A stretch of DNA of 64,000 bases from Opitutales bacterium. GTDB lineage: Bacteria; Verrucomicrobiota; Verrucomicrobiia; Opitutales; PNEW01. The stretch covers positions 704,001-768,000 of the forward strand of contig CBDANS010000006.1 in the NCBI GenBank assembly GCA_965197745.1, in the 5' to 3' direction. The notes below the pieces were generated by a model. The model was given only the letters and a program-made list of their open reading frames with translations. It did no database searches and was not told the DNA's origin. The position numbers and the translations under genes are program-made. Positions 33,098 to 43,757 of this stretch are shown here, piece after piece (the first letter of the stretch is position 1; each line of letters starts with the position of its first letter).

Positions 33098-33922
33098 TCA
33101 GGATGGTTCGTGGGAACGCAAAACTGAGATGATGTTCTTATTGTCCTTCGCCTTGGCGTGATCTAATGCCGTCTTACCTTGAGCATCGGTTGCATTGATA
33201 TCCGCTCCGGCTTTAAGTAAGATCTGGGTCACTTCGCTACAGTCATTCCCCTGGGTGGCATTCATAATCAGGGGCGTGACTCCAAAGAACTCGGAATCCT
33301 TCTTGATATTGCGCGCGTTTACGTTGGCTCCCTTTTCCAGAAGCAACCTGGCGGTGGCAGGTTCGTGCTCCGATGCCCATTGTAACGGTTTGCCGCCATA
33401 ACAGTTAATCTCGTCCGCTTCAATGTCAGCGCCCGCATCAAGAAGAATCTCTACAATCTCCACATAACCGTTATGCGCGGGCCAATGGAGAGGCGTGTCG
33501 CCAATCCAACCACGCTGGTGAACAGCAAGCGGGTCCCGTTCAATGTGCTCGCGAACAAGATCCGTCCAGCCCGACCGGGCGGCCAGATTGATCGTCACCC
33601 CCAGTTGATTTGTTCCTCCTGCTTTGTCTGGAATCTCATTTAGAAAATAATCAACAACAGATGGATGCTTGTTCCATTCTGCAATGACCACGGGCGGATA
33701 GGTAGCCAACGGATTTGAGTAGACTTCCGCCCCAAGCTCTACCAGGAACCGGACAATCTCCAGATGGCCATGCTTGGCAGCGCAATGCAACGCCGAAAGC
33801 TCATCCCACTTCTCTTTATCTTTGTTTTTGACGTGAATCAAATCGGGGCACTCATCGAGACGCCGCGTAACCTCACTGATGTCCCCCTCTTCAATTGCCG
33901 GATACAGCGATTGTAATTCCAT
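33098..33922 (-). CDS. Ankyrin repeat protein (cassette-like)
   Basis: SALHCAAKHGH, TPLHWPAHNGY, GADINATDAQGKTAL. Confidence 0.9.
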   Translation of the reverse strand: MELQSLYPAIEEGDISEVTRRLDECPDLIHVKNKDKEKWDELSALHCAAKHGHLEIVRFLVELGAEVYSNPLATYPPVVIAEWNKHPSVVDYFLNEIPDKAGGTNQLGVTINLAARSGWTDLVREHIERDPLAVHQRGWIGDTPLHWPAHNGYVEIVEILLDAGADIEADEINCYGGKPLQWASEHEPATARLLLEKGANVNARNIKKDSEFFGVTPLIMNATQGNDCSEVTQILLKAGADINATDAQGKTALDHAKAKDNKNIISVLRSHEPS

Positions 33923-33967
33923 CCTTCGATAGTCTCCTCTATTACTTTATTCTATAGTTCGAACATC

Positions 33968-34024
33968 ACGCTGGAGTTGAGCTGCTGGTCTGGCAGGTGG
34001 GACCGCTCCAACGTCATGTCAGGC
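33968..34024 (-). mobile_element. Degenerate attC site after the VOC gene
   Basis: Minus strand GCCTGAC-ATGAC-GTTGGAGC...GCTCAAC-TCCAGC-GTGATGT; L boxes intact with extra base, both R boxes mutated. Confidence 0.6.
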
Positions 34025-34393
34025 TTCATCTTTGCTGACTTCCTGACGAAGCTCAAATCCATTGCCCTCAGAATCAAAGAAAGAGGCAACGCGAACGGGC
34101 ACGAAATCATCAGCTTCTCGCAATTCTCGCAGTTTACCTCCATTCGCTTCGATCCGTTCCTGAAAAGCCTCGATGGAATCGACGAGGAGATTCAGGCCTG
34201 CGTTTGGAAGTGTATGTTCATCGACATGTTCCGGTGCCAATATGTGTAGCGCCAGTTGAAACACATCGAATTGAAAAGTGGACCACCCGGGGGATTCGAA
34301 AGAAAGTGGCACGTCGAAAACGTTTTTATAGAAATTAATCGCCCGTTGCATATCGTGAATGTAGTGAATGATTAGAGGAGATGTAGCCTTCAT
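34019..34393 (-). CDS. VOC/glyoxalase family protein (cassette-like)
   Basis: HDMQRAINFYKNVF..FFDSEGNGFEL; ATG at 34393 follows the GTTAAGC core. Confidence 0.85.
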   Translation of the reverse strand: MKATSPLIIHYIHDMQRAINFYKNVFDVPLSFESPGWSTFQFDVFQLALHILAPEHVDEHTLPNAGLNLLVDSIEAFQERIEANGGKLRELREADDFVPVRVASFFDSEGNGFELRQEVSKDEA

Positions 34394-34411
34394 CGCAGAT
34401 TTGGAATTGAC

Positions 34412-34485
34412 GCTTAACATTAGAACAGCCAACAGGTTTTCTAGGTAGTCTTCGTTATCGACAGGAGAAAGGCAACAGGTAAATC
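34412..34485 (-). mobile_element. attI-like cassette insertion pad, family A copy 2
   Basis: Homologous to 13140-13213; ends in CTAAT-GTTAAGC directly before the VOC cassette. Confidence 0.55.
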
Positions 34486-34916
34486 GTAATCAGTCGATTC
34501 AACAGCGTTACTTAACAATGCAAATTATAAAAACATCCGCTTCTCATAGCCTATCGAAATAAATTTTTGAAATTTTATACCGCTGAGCGGATTAGATCTG
34601 ATATATCAGCAGCTGAAAGAAATAGAAAGTTCCCTGTGAATCTCATACCTATTTGTATGCAGATTTAATTTTTAATGATATTCAACTCATATCACCAATT
34701 CCTTCACTTCAACGGCACCCAAGTCACGTGAGTAACCTGTTTGCCCTTGATTCATTTCTGTCCAGCCGGTAATCTATATCCATGAACTGGAGTTTGTCGT
34801 GCTTCGGCAGAAAAAACGACCGTGGGAGAAATCAAATTCCCTTCAGCAAGATAATACATGCTGTTAGCATGGCCGAATCCAATATTCAGGCTTTGATCAG
34901 GTAGTAGTCCGTCCTT

Positions 34917-35186
34917 ATGAAACGACAGAGAATTCTCTATTTGAACGCCGTGTCGAGGAGCTTGAGAGCCCCCGTCATTGGGTTTGCCGTCCACGAGCCG
35001 GTGGAGTCAGATGCCCCACAGATCGAAGCCGGCGCAGAGATGCCATACGAGACAGTGCACGGGGCGATCCTGGACGGCTGGCGGGTAGTCAGCTTCCCGG
35101 CCCAGCGAGCGGATGAAGATCCAGAAGCGGTCGGAGTGTTAGGCTATGAGTTCATTCTAGATCAGTTAGTGGATATCGATGGATAG
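34917..35186 (+). CDS. Small hypothetical protein overlapping the start of the downstream dioxygenase
   Basis: 89-aa ORF (PYETVHGAILDGWRVVSFP..LGYEFIL) overlapping ATG 35179. Confidence 0.6.
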   Translation: MKRQRILYLNAVSRSLRAPVIGFAVHEPVESDAPQIEAGAEMPYETVHGAILDGWRVVSFPAQRADEDPEAVGVLGYEFILDQLVDIDG

Positions 35187-36044
35187 AACCAACAACTCGA
35201 ATCTGTTAAATGACGACCAGATCGCATCGTTCATCATACTCGGGTATCACACATCGTTGAGCCAGACTTGGCACAGGGTTACAACGCCGAGATCTGCGAC
35301 AGCCTACGAGTGATGCCGGAAAACCCAGGTGAGCATATCGTCGAGGCGTTGCCAGCAATCTCTGTGGTCCTGGAGCACCCCTCGGTCGTCGGTACATTAA
35401 CCAGCCTGCTCGGTCCGGGCTTCGTCAAGGATCCGGGTGGGCACATTCACATGAACCCTCCCAAAACACGTGCCCAGCCCTGGCACCAGGACGAGCGTTT
35501 CGGGAGGGGTCACCAGGACAGGGATATCGATCACATCAAACACCTGATGCTGATGTATTTCCCACAGGACGTAACTGAAGACATGGGGCCCACTGTGTTG
35601 CTGCCAGGCAGTCAGAGGCGCGTTGCTGCGCCTGAAACTATGGTTACTCTTGTCAATTTAAAAGGCCAGGTGTTTTCGACTGTCAGCGCCGGTTCTGTCA
35701 TCCTGACCCATTCCGACATCTGGCATGCGGGTACGGGCAATCGAAGCGATCTGGTGCGCTACATGATCAAGTTCTCGTTCTCGAGAACCCAGGAGAATAC
35801 TGAACCGTCCTGGAATCACGACGCCGGGAATATTCCTGAGGTACGGATGCGGTTAGATAGCGAACACCCGTCGACACTTTCAAGAAATGAGTACGAGACC
35901 GACCATGCTCTCCGGGTAAGAACCTGGAACCACATCGCAGGAAATGCCGCCATGCCGCTTCGATCCGAGGGACACCTAGGAGGTCCCTGGCCAGTATCCG
36001 GAGGGGCTACGACAGCTTCTCGCAGAAGACGCGATAATCCCTGA
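35179..36044 (+). pseudogene. PhyH-family dioxygenase, frameshifted near the 5' end
   Basis: MDRTNNSNLLNDDQIASFIILGYH from 35179 joins the main frame if one CA of cacaca (35248-35253) is removed; WHQD, GPTVLLPGS, IWHAG. Confidence 0.75.
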
Positions 36045-36179
36045 TGGAGACAAACGTGGCTACGAATTTTAAATGACTGACGTGGATAATGAAGATCTTC
36101 AACTTCCAATTTTAAATCTTCAAATCCTTAACCTTAAATCCTGTAACCTTTAACCGTCGCCGAAAGCGCGTTTTCAGGA

Positions 36180-37367
36180 TTACTCGACTTTTGCTTCCAG
36201 CGTGATGGACGCGGTCCGCTTGGGCTTGGTGAGGGCATTCAGAACCTCGAATTCAAGCTCGATCTTTTCGACCTTGTTGCCGGTCTTGACTTGGAGTCGT
36301 TCTGTTGAATGTTGCGGAACTACGATAATGTCCGTATGCTCATAAAAGCTGTAATTGCTTTTGTTCCTTAAGTGAAAGTCTGCGTCTGAATAGTTTGTAA
36401 CGTTGACGCTCAGGATTTCCCGGTCTCCGTAGCTGGCGCCATGCAAAGATAGACTTGCTTCGAGTAGCGGACCCAGATGTTCGGCCCGTCCTATCAGCAT
36501 ATCTCTGAACCAGACTACGGTACGTCGCTCAAACATGGCTTCCTTGATGGATTCCATCGTTCTTTCCTCGGCAAAAACCAGGGTTACCGGGCGGTGGCCG
36601 CCCTTGTGTGGTTCGTATTCCCAGTCTATCAGGCCGTGAATGTCGGACACGCCGATGAGCGTTAAATCGTATTTAAGCGCGATCCGAAATGTCTCCTCCG
36701 AATAACTATCCCCATTTGCTATTTCGATCCCATGAAGCAGCCCCGCTTTCGCGTTCTTTCTGTGAAAGTCGGGCATGATGGTTATCCCGTTCGGGAAATG
36801 GGGTCTCCACCAGCTGTGGTCCCAGAATACGAATGCGCCTTGTTCGTTGGCGGCTTCAACTGCTTTCTGGGCAGGCCACTCATGCGCCTTGGTCCTGTAG
36901 GTTTCTGCATCCTGCGGTTCGTTTAGATCCGGAACGCTGACTAACGCGTTCGCATCCTTGATGAAGATAGCGTTCATATGGCTCGCCGGCGCACTTCGTG
37001 TGATCTCCACTCCGGGTACGACAATAAGATCGGATTTCTCCGCCGCACTGACTGCTTCTTCAAAGGCTCGATTGCGGTCAGGATGGGGAATGTCTTCGAG
37101 GTGAGGCTGGTATTCCAGGTGCTCGGTGATGGCCATCGCATCCAGTCCGTCTCGCAGAGCTTCAGCCACCCGTATGCGGGGCCAGACATGACCGTCGGAG
37201 AAGACCGAGTGCGTATGCGGATCAAGAATAATCGTCAAGTACTGGGTCGTGTCGGGAAAAGTGATCCTTCGGGCTTCGTCTTCGGGCGGGATATTCGCAC
37301 GACCGTGCCCGAATAACACGCTCGTCACTGTCATTGAGAATATTAGAAATATGATCGCTGTTTTCAT
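36180..37367 (-). CDS. Secreted PHP-domain phosphodiesterase (Sb-PDE-like)
   Basis: Signal peptide; DPHTHSVFSDG, ITEH, GVEIT, GIEIANG, SDIH. Confidence 0.8.
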   Translation of the reverse strand: MKTAIIFLIFSMTVTSVLFGHGRANIPPEDEARRITFPDTTQYLTIILDPHTHSVFSDGHVWPRIRVAEALRDGLDAMAITEHLEYQPHLEDIPHPDRNRAFEEAVSAAEKSDLIVVPGVEITRSAPASHMNAIFIKDANALVSVPDLNEPQDAETYRTKAHEWPAQKAVEAANEQGAFVFWDHSWWRPHFPNGITIMPDFHRKNAKAGLLHGIEIANGDSYSEETFRIALKYDLTLIGVSDIHGLIDWEYEPHKGGHRPVTLVFAEERTMESIKEAMFERRTVVWFRDMLIGRAEHLGPLLEASLSLHGASYGDREILSVNVTNYSDADFHLRNKSNYSFYEHTDIIVVPQHSTERLQVKTGNKVEKIELEFEVLNALTKPKRTASITLEAKVE

Positions 37368-37456
37368 TTTCGACTCCTAACTGGGTTCAGATTATTTTGG
37401 TTTATCAGTCCCATAGGTTTCTGGCCAGAATAAAAAACCGTGGATTGACGCATACA

Positions 37457-37528
37457 TGTAATGCGAAACGGTATTAACTTCAATGGGTCAGCGATTAAGG
37501 AAAAATCCTTTATCCGCGTTTATATCCC
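37457..37528. repeat. 72-bp identical direct repeat (second copy 40913-40984)
   Basis: tgtaatgcgaaacggtattaac...tttatatccc identical in both places; each lies downstream of a CTD 3' end. Confidence 0.95.
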
Positions 37529-37578
37529 AAATGGATTCTTGTGTAATATTAAGTGAATCTAATTGGATAAGAATTCAC

Positions 37579-37644
37579 TCACTCAATCGTCACTTCTTCT
37601 ACGCTCACGGTGATCTCCTCACCATTCTCGTTCACAAAGGTGAC
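37579..37644 (-). pseudogene. Orphan 3' remnant of the conserved CTD
   Basis: Translates VTFVNENGEEITVSVEEVTIE*, matching the CTD terminus; no upstream gene body. Confidence 0.85.
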
Positions 37645-37728
37645 GAGCGCTTACGCGCGTGTTATGTTTTAAGTTTTAGATGTTAGGTAACTTTACCTAA
37701 AACTTAACACTTAACACAAAACAATAGA

Positions 37729-40625
37729 TCACTCGATTGTGATTTCATCGACGGTGACGGTAATATCATCCCCATCCTCGTTAGCGAAAGTAGCACTGAT
37801 ACTCTGTGTCGGCTGAGGAGTATTATCGGATTTGAAGTTGTTCTGCGCAATCAAGGTCTCAAACCCGGGAGTCGTCGAACCACTCTCTGCAACTACGATC
37901 GAAGAATCGTTTGTCTGCGCCAAGTCTCCTCCCGTGATGCGCAACCCGGGGTTACCAGCAGGCACTGTAAAGGAACCATCTCCGAACAGAAGGTGTGGCA
38001 CTGCATCGCCACTGGCTTCGATATCGCCCACCGTTATCCGTACCGCGATAGGCACTCCGCGCGCGTCCACCCCTACCTTGCCGGTGCTTCCCGAAAAAAC
38101 AGTGTTGGACAGCTGCATTCCTCCAATCCCTGTGGAGTTGATCACTTCTACCAGGGTCACGTCCGCTTGTGCGTCATAGACCTGTCCTTCGGGGAAGAGG
38201 GCCTGGTTCACCGCGTTGATCCTTCCTACCGTGAAGATACTGAAGAAGGTACTGGAGTCAGCTCCATCGATGACCACGCTCGGTTTACCTGTCACGTACA
38301 TTACCTGCTGGTTATAACGCGGGGGCAGTGCCGCGGGTAAGAAAGTCGCCGCGTCCAGGGTTAAAGTAAATGTACCCGCTCCGAAGAATTCTACTTGGAC
38401 GATGTCTTCGTCTTCGTCCATGAAAGAAACTCGTGTAATCCGATTCTCTTTCGCCTGGAGCTGAATGGATTCTCCGGTGAGTAAAACCTGGTCGAAAATG
38501 TTACCGTTGGGATGTTGGATGTTCTCACCGGCGATATCACCTGAACCGTCGAGGATAAGGTCCACGACAGTAGATTCAAATAAAACAAAATTATGTCGGC
38601 CTCCAGCAGTAATTTCCGCAATGTTAGAAAATCCTTCAGGTATTGTAGCCTGGCTATCTGAGTTGTCACCCCATGCAATAATGCTACCCTCAGAATCTAA
38701 TGCGAGATTATGCCTAATACCTGCTGCAATAGAAAATACACTGGAGGCATTAAACTGAGCGGTATAACCCTGCTTGGATGGAGAATTGAATACAATCGGA
38801 ATGTCGAGTTGGCCTCGGTCATTACTTCCCCAAGCTATTATTGTGCTGTCTTCTTTCAAAGCTAAGCTGTGTGCTTTACCGGCAGCTATAGCCACCACAT
38901 TAGAAAGTCCCACTGGTACTGTTGCTTGACCCTCAACATTATAACCCCAAGCGACAACAGTACCACCTTCTATCAACGCTAATGCATGAGAACCACCGGC
39001 AGCGATCTTCACCACATCCTCAAGTCCCATGGGTAATACTGTTTGCCCGAAAATGTCGTTCCCCCAGGCCTCCACCGTACCATCTGCTTTTAAGGCAAGA
39101 CTGAAATCTCCTCCCCCCGCCACCTGTATGACATCAGAAAGACCTGCAGGCACAATTGATTGTCCGAATGTATTTCCACCCCAGGCAACTACGGTGCTAT
39201 CCTCTTTCAAGGCCAAGGTGTGAAAATAACCCGCTGCCACTGATATTACCTGGGAAAGATTTTCAGGAACCTGCAACTGACCGAAGCTATCTGATCCGAG
39301 TACTTCTACCGTACCGTCCGACCGTAAACCCACACTGTGTTCATCTCCAGCCACAACCTGAACCAGGTCGGTAAGTCCAGCGGAAATAGTTGCTTGCCCA
39401 GATTCGTCGTTGCCCCAAACTCCAATAGTATCTGTCGATCGTGACAGGTATCCGCTATCTATTCTAGAGACACCAAGGACATCTCCTAAGCTACCACTCT
39501 CAATCCAATAGTAGTAGGTTATATCCGGAAGTGCGGTCATATCATCGTAGACCTTTGTATCGAGATCAGCTTTCAACAAGACAGCATTTTCTCTTTCAGG
39601 CACGATATTCCTGTAAAGATTATCAGTTACGTCCAAGCCTGCTACTCCCACCCAGGCTATCTGAACTTTATCGGAGAAGGTGCCGTCGGTTGCTATCAGA
39701 AACTCATCATCGTCCTCATCGAATTCTTGAGTTCGATAGAAGACAACCGTATTAAAATCAGCAATCAAGTTGTTTATTACAGTCAATGAATCGGACCCAG
39801 CACTTAAGTCCAATAAGTTGCCATCCAGTTCAAGGTAGAGTAGATTGGACAATCCAGATAGAGGGCTAAGATCATTAATAGCGTTAAATGAAAGTCCAAG
39901 TGCATTCAGTTGAGTAAGACCAGCCAGGGGGTAATATCACTTATCTGATTCTTTGTAAGATCAAGGAATGAAAGGTTGGTTAAACCAGCCAATGGACTGA
40001 TATCACTGATCTGATTGTCGTAAAGCCATAGGAACTCCAGTTGGGTCAATCCGGCTAATGAACCGATATTACTGATTTGAGTTTCCTCAATAAATAATTC
40101 ACCCAATTCAGTTAAATCGCTCAACGCGCTAATTTCACTTATCTGATTCTTTGTAAGATCAAGGAATGAAAGGTTGGTTAAACCAGCCAACTGGCTGATA
40201 TCGCTGATTTGATTTCGCTCGAGTGTCAATTCTACCAACTCAATTAAACCGCTTAATGCACTGATATCACTGATCTGATTGCCGTAAAGATCCAGTTTCT
40301 CCAGTTTGGTCAATGCAGCCAATGGGCTGATATCACTAATCAGGTTTTCACCAAGTCCAAGGTTAGTAAGGTTAATAGCATGTTCAAGACCCGTTAAATC
40401 GGTAATTCCCAGATCAAACGCGTTGATACGAATCAATAACGCCATGTCCGTGTCTGTTATCGGCCCCTCGATGTTCGGTCCCTCCATGCCCTCGCCCTCA
40501 CGCTCGCCTGCGCGAATTGCAAGTTCCAGGTTCGGGTCTGGAATCGTTATGTCCACACCGTGCAATTCGGCGCATGCAAAAACCAATAACCAAAAAATAC
40601 CTGTAAGTAATATGACCGTTTTCAT
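37729..40625 (-). pseudogene. Secreted internalin-type LRR + RCC1-repeat protein with conserved CTD (copy 3), frameshifted
   Basis: Signal MKTVILLTG..; IPDPNLE cap and NQISDISxLxxLxxL repeats; single frameshift at G5 run 39927-39931; RCC1 repeats; CTD 37729-38553. Confidence 0.85.
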
Positions 40626-40853
40626 ATCAGATGATACCACTCAAAGAGTTGGGTTAATGCAGCAGACAGCATTGCAAACGCTATACTCAGATGCAGATAA
40701 TATCAACGTTGCGGTCAAACTATGCATTATGATATTTTAATCTCTATCCTGCTTATCAGATAGTTTTGCATGCACCAGAAATGCACCGGGTAGAATTTAT
40801 AATTCATAAATCACAATTCATAATTCATCATTTTTCATTCATAATTTAATAGC

Positions 40854-40892
40854 GCCCTCCTAGCTCAATTTGGTAGAGCAGTTGACCCTTAA
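40854..40892 (+). pseudogene. 5' half of tRNA-Lys(CTT) (att-like fragment)
   Basis: 37/39 identical to 60045-60083; ends at the anticodon loop; no T arm or 3' acceptor strand follows. Confidence 0.9.
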
Positions 40893-41020
40893 ACCGTGGG
40901 TTGAAGTATTGCTGTAATGCGAAACGGTATTAACTTCAATGGGTCAGCGATTAAGGAAAAATCCTTTATCCGCGTTTATATCCCTAATAGAGTCGTGAAC
41001 TGTGTTTAATAATATATCAC

Positions 41021-43093
41021 TTACTCAATCGTTACCTCTTCAGTCGTCACCGTGACCTCTGCATCATCCTCGTTGACGAAGGCAGCATTGATGCTCTGTG
41101 TCGGCTGAAGTTCTCCATCCGACTTAACATTGTTCTGAGAAATTAGAAAATCAAAACCGGGACTCATTGAGTCGCCAAGGGCAACAACAATAGAGGCACC
41201 ATTATTCTGTTGAAGATCACCTCCCGCAATTCTCAAGCCAGAGTTCGGCGCTTCCGCGGTGAAAGAATCTTCTCCAAACAATAGATAGGGAACTGCATCA
41301 TTGCCGGCTTCGATATCACCTATTAATACGCGAACAGAAACGGGAATGCCAGGCGCCTTCAGTCCGACGTCTCCTGATGATGCACTAAAGTGTGTATACG
41401 CACATAGGATTCCACCAAAACCTGTTGAATTTGTAATTTCTAATAGTGTTATGTCCGCTACCGCGTCGTAGCTCTCACCAACAGGGAATAAATCCTGGTT
41501 TACGGCATTAATTCTGCCCACGGTAAAAATGCTCAGGTAGGTACTCTCATCCGCATCCTCCACTTTTATATTGGCACTCCCTTTTACATAATTGATCTCT
41601 TGATTGTATTTCTTTGGTCGGTCAGGAAGCTCAAAAGAACTCGGATCTATATTGATAGTAAGCCTTCCCGCTCCAAAAAATTCAACTTGGGCAATATCAT
41701 CATCTTCGTCGATAAAAGATACCCTTGATATTTGCACCGGGTCAGCAATCACTTCCACACTTTGCCCCGTCAATAAAACCTGGTCAAAGACATTGCCATT
41801 GGGATGCTCAATATTTGATCCAACTTGTGATCCGTTTCCTTGCAATAGAACATTTTTGTCGGAGTCCGGGTCATCGGAATCAGCGATGCCGTCACCATCC
41901 GAGTCTGTCTCACGGATATCACTTATTCCGTTTCCATCGTCATCGTCGTCTTCAACATCAGGAATACCATCGTTGTCGCCGTCGCTTTCTTCATCATCGG
42001 GAATTTCATCGATGTCTGAATCCACATACTCCACATACGCGAACTCACCGTCCAGCCAAATTAAAGCTGCATATTCATTGTCTCCAATGGTGAGGTTAAA
42101 TGATACAGGATTATCCGTCTCAGATAGATCGACTCCCTCTGCCACCACCACAAATTCGAATGACCCATCATCTCGTTCTATCAATTCAAAAATAATTCCG
42201 GCATCATATAGTTCTCCCTCAAATGCGAAATACCCAGGTTCAAACTCTGTAAATGCCCCCGCGGGAATCTCAATAACCGAGGTCCCGAATGCGACCCTCA
42301 CCCCTTCATGAATCAGATTAATCCCGTCATTTGTTGTTCTCAGTGTAATTTTACCACTGATCCCGTATGCATCATCAATAGAGAGGAGCGATTCATATCT
42401 AATCTCTATTCCCGTGATGGTGAATATCGATTCTGGAAATTCGTCATCCTCATCAATGTCACTTTCTTCCTCAAAGTCGTGGTCATATTCATCAAAATCG
42501 CCTTTTTCCTCAAAGTCATCTTCGTCTTCGTGAAAATCCTCCTCGTCCTCAAAATCGTCTTCCTCTCCCACGAAGTCGCCTTCTTCATCAAAGTCGTCGT
42601 CCCCTTTAAAATCATCATTGTCGCTTAACTCAAAATTCAGCTCATCATTCATTCGAATCGATATTTCTCCCTCATCATTGCCTATCCTGAACGCAATTGA
42701 TAATGGATTGAATGTACCTGTCAGATCGACACCCCCGGCTTCTACTTCAATTATGAAAGTTCCATCATCTCTTTCTATTATTTCAAAAAAAACTTTGGCG
42801 CCATTCACTTCTCCCTCAAAAGCGAAATATCCAGGTTCCAACTCTATAAATGCACCTGGGGGAATCTCAATAACCGAGGTCCCGACGGCAAGCCTCACCT
42901 CTTCATTTACCGGGTCAATTCCTTCACTTGTTATATTAACGGAAAGTTCGCCTCTGATCCCGTATGTATCATTTATGACAGGAAATGATTCATATATAAT
43001 TTCAACTCTCGTAATAATGAAATCCAGAAAAGGATCTCCCCTTACAAGCAAGGGTGTTATTAAACACAATACGGTTAACAACAATTGACGCAT
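41021..43093 (-). CDS. Secreted highly acidic protein: duplicated ~135-aa domain, D/E-rich linker, TSP3-like repeats, conserved CTD (copy 4, most divergent)
   Basis: Signal MRQLLLTVLCLITPLLVRG; GTSVIEIP.GAF.E.EPGYFAFEGE occurs twice; DGDNDGIPD/DSDGDGIAD; CTD 41021-41845. Confidence 0.85.
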   Translation of the reverse strand: MRQLLLTVLCLITPLLVRGDPFLDFIITRVEIIYESFPVINDTYGIRGELSVNITSEGIDPVNEEVRLAVGTSVIEIPPGAFIELEPGYFAFEGEVNGAKVFFEIIERDDGTFIIEVEAGGVDLTGTFNPLSIAFRIGNDEGEISIRMNDELNFELSDNDDFKGDDDFDEEGDFVGEEDDFEDEEDFHEDEDDFEEKGDFDEYDHDFEEESDIDEDDEFPESIFTITGIEIRYESLLSIDDAYGISGKITLRTTNDGINLIHEGVRVAFGTSVIEIPAGAFTEFEPGYFAFEGELYDAGIIFELIERDDGSFEFVVVAEGVDLSETDNPVSFNLTIGDNEYAALIWLDGEFAYVEYVDSDIDEIPDDEESDGDNDGIPDVEDDDDDGNGISDIRETDSDGDGIADSDDPDSDKNVLLQGNGSQVGSNIEHPNGNVFDQVLLTGQSVEVIADPVQISRVSFIDEDDDIAQVEFFGAGRLTINIDPSSFELPDRPKKYNQEINYVKGSANIKVEDADESTYLSIFTVGRINAVNQDLFPVGESYDAVADITLLEITNSTGFGGILCAYTHFSASSGDVGLKAPGIPVSVRVLIGDIEAGNDAVPYLLFGEDSFTAEAPNSGLRIAGGDLQQNNGASIVVALGDSMSPGFDFLISQNNVKSDGELQPTQSINAAFVNEDDAEVTVTTEEVTIE

Positions 43094-43757
43094 AAACAGA
43101 GATTCAGCCAATAACTTCCAGTGAAAGAAGCAGGTTGGCTGAGCGTGTAAATTCGATACTGATTTTTTTTTAATCATAGCTTTCATTTTATTTCCTCCTC
43201 AGCAGGAAAAGGTTAATGGACCCTACCTTCCTTGTTCCGGGTTCCTATAATACAACAAATTATAAGAGAATACCCAGTTGTGATATTTGATTAATCCCAA
43301 TTAATCAGCAGGTAGTAGGAAATCAATTAAGGTATAATAATGAATCAGTTTTGAAACTCAATTCTATTAATTATCTAGGTTATAGATTTATATATTTTTA
43401 ACAAGGTAGAGTAATTAAAACTTCTTTAATTCCGAAGATGCAGTCAGCCTCATTAATTTTTTTATTAATCGCTAATCTCATAATTGCGGTAACGGATGTA
43501 TTGGGATACGCGAATGGTCAAACGAGATGAGACTTCATCATCAGCGCTTCAGCGCGTATTAGGTGTTAAGAATAGAAGGTTCCCTTCGACTACGCTCAGG
43601 GCAGGCAGGGTTCAGCGGTTAAGAGAATGATTAATCTGATAGGATCAATCAGTAATCGTAATCAATCCGCATTCCTCAATCCGACATCCGCAATTGATTC
43701 ACTCTATCGTTACTTCTATCGCAGTGATAGTTGAGAACCAAATCTTCATAGTATTAT

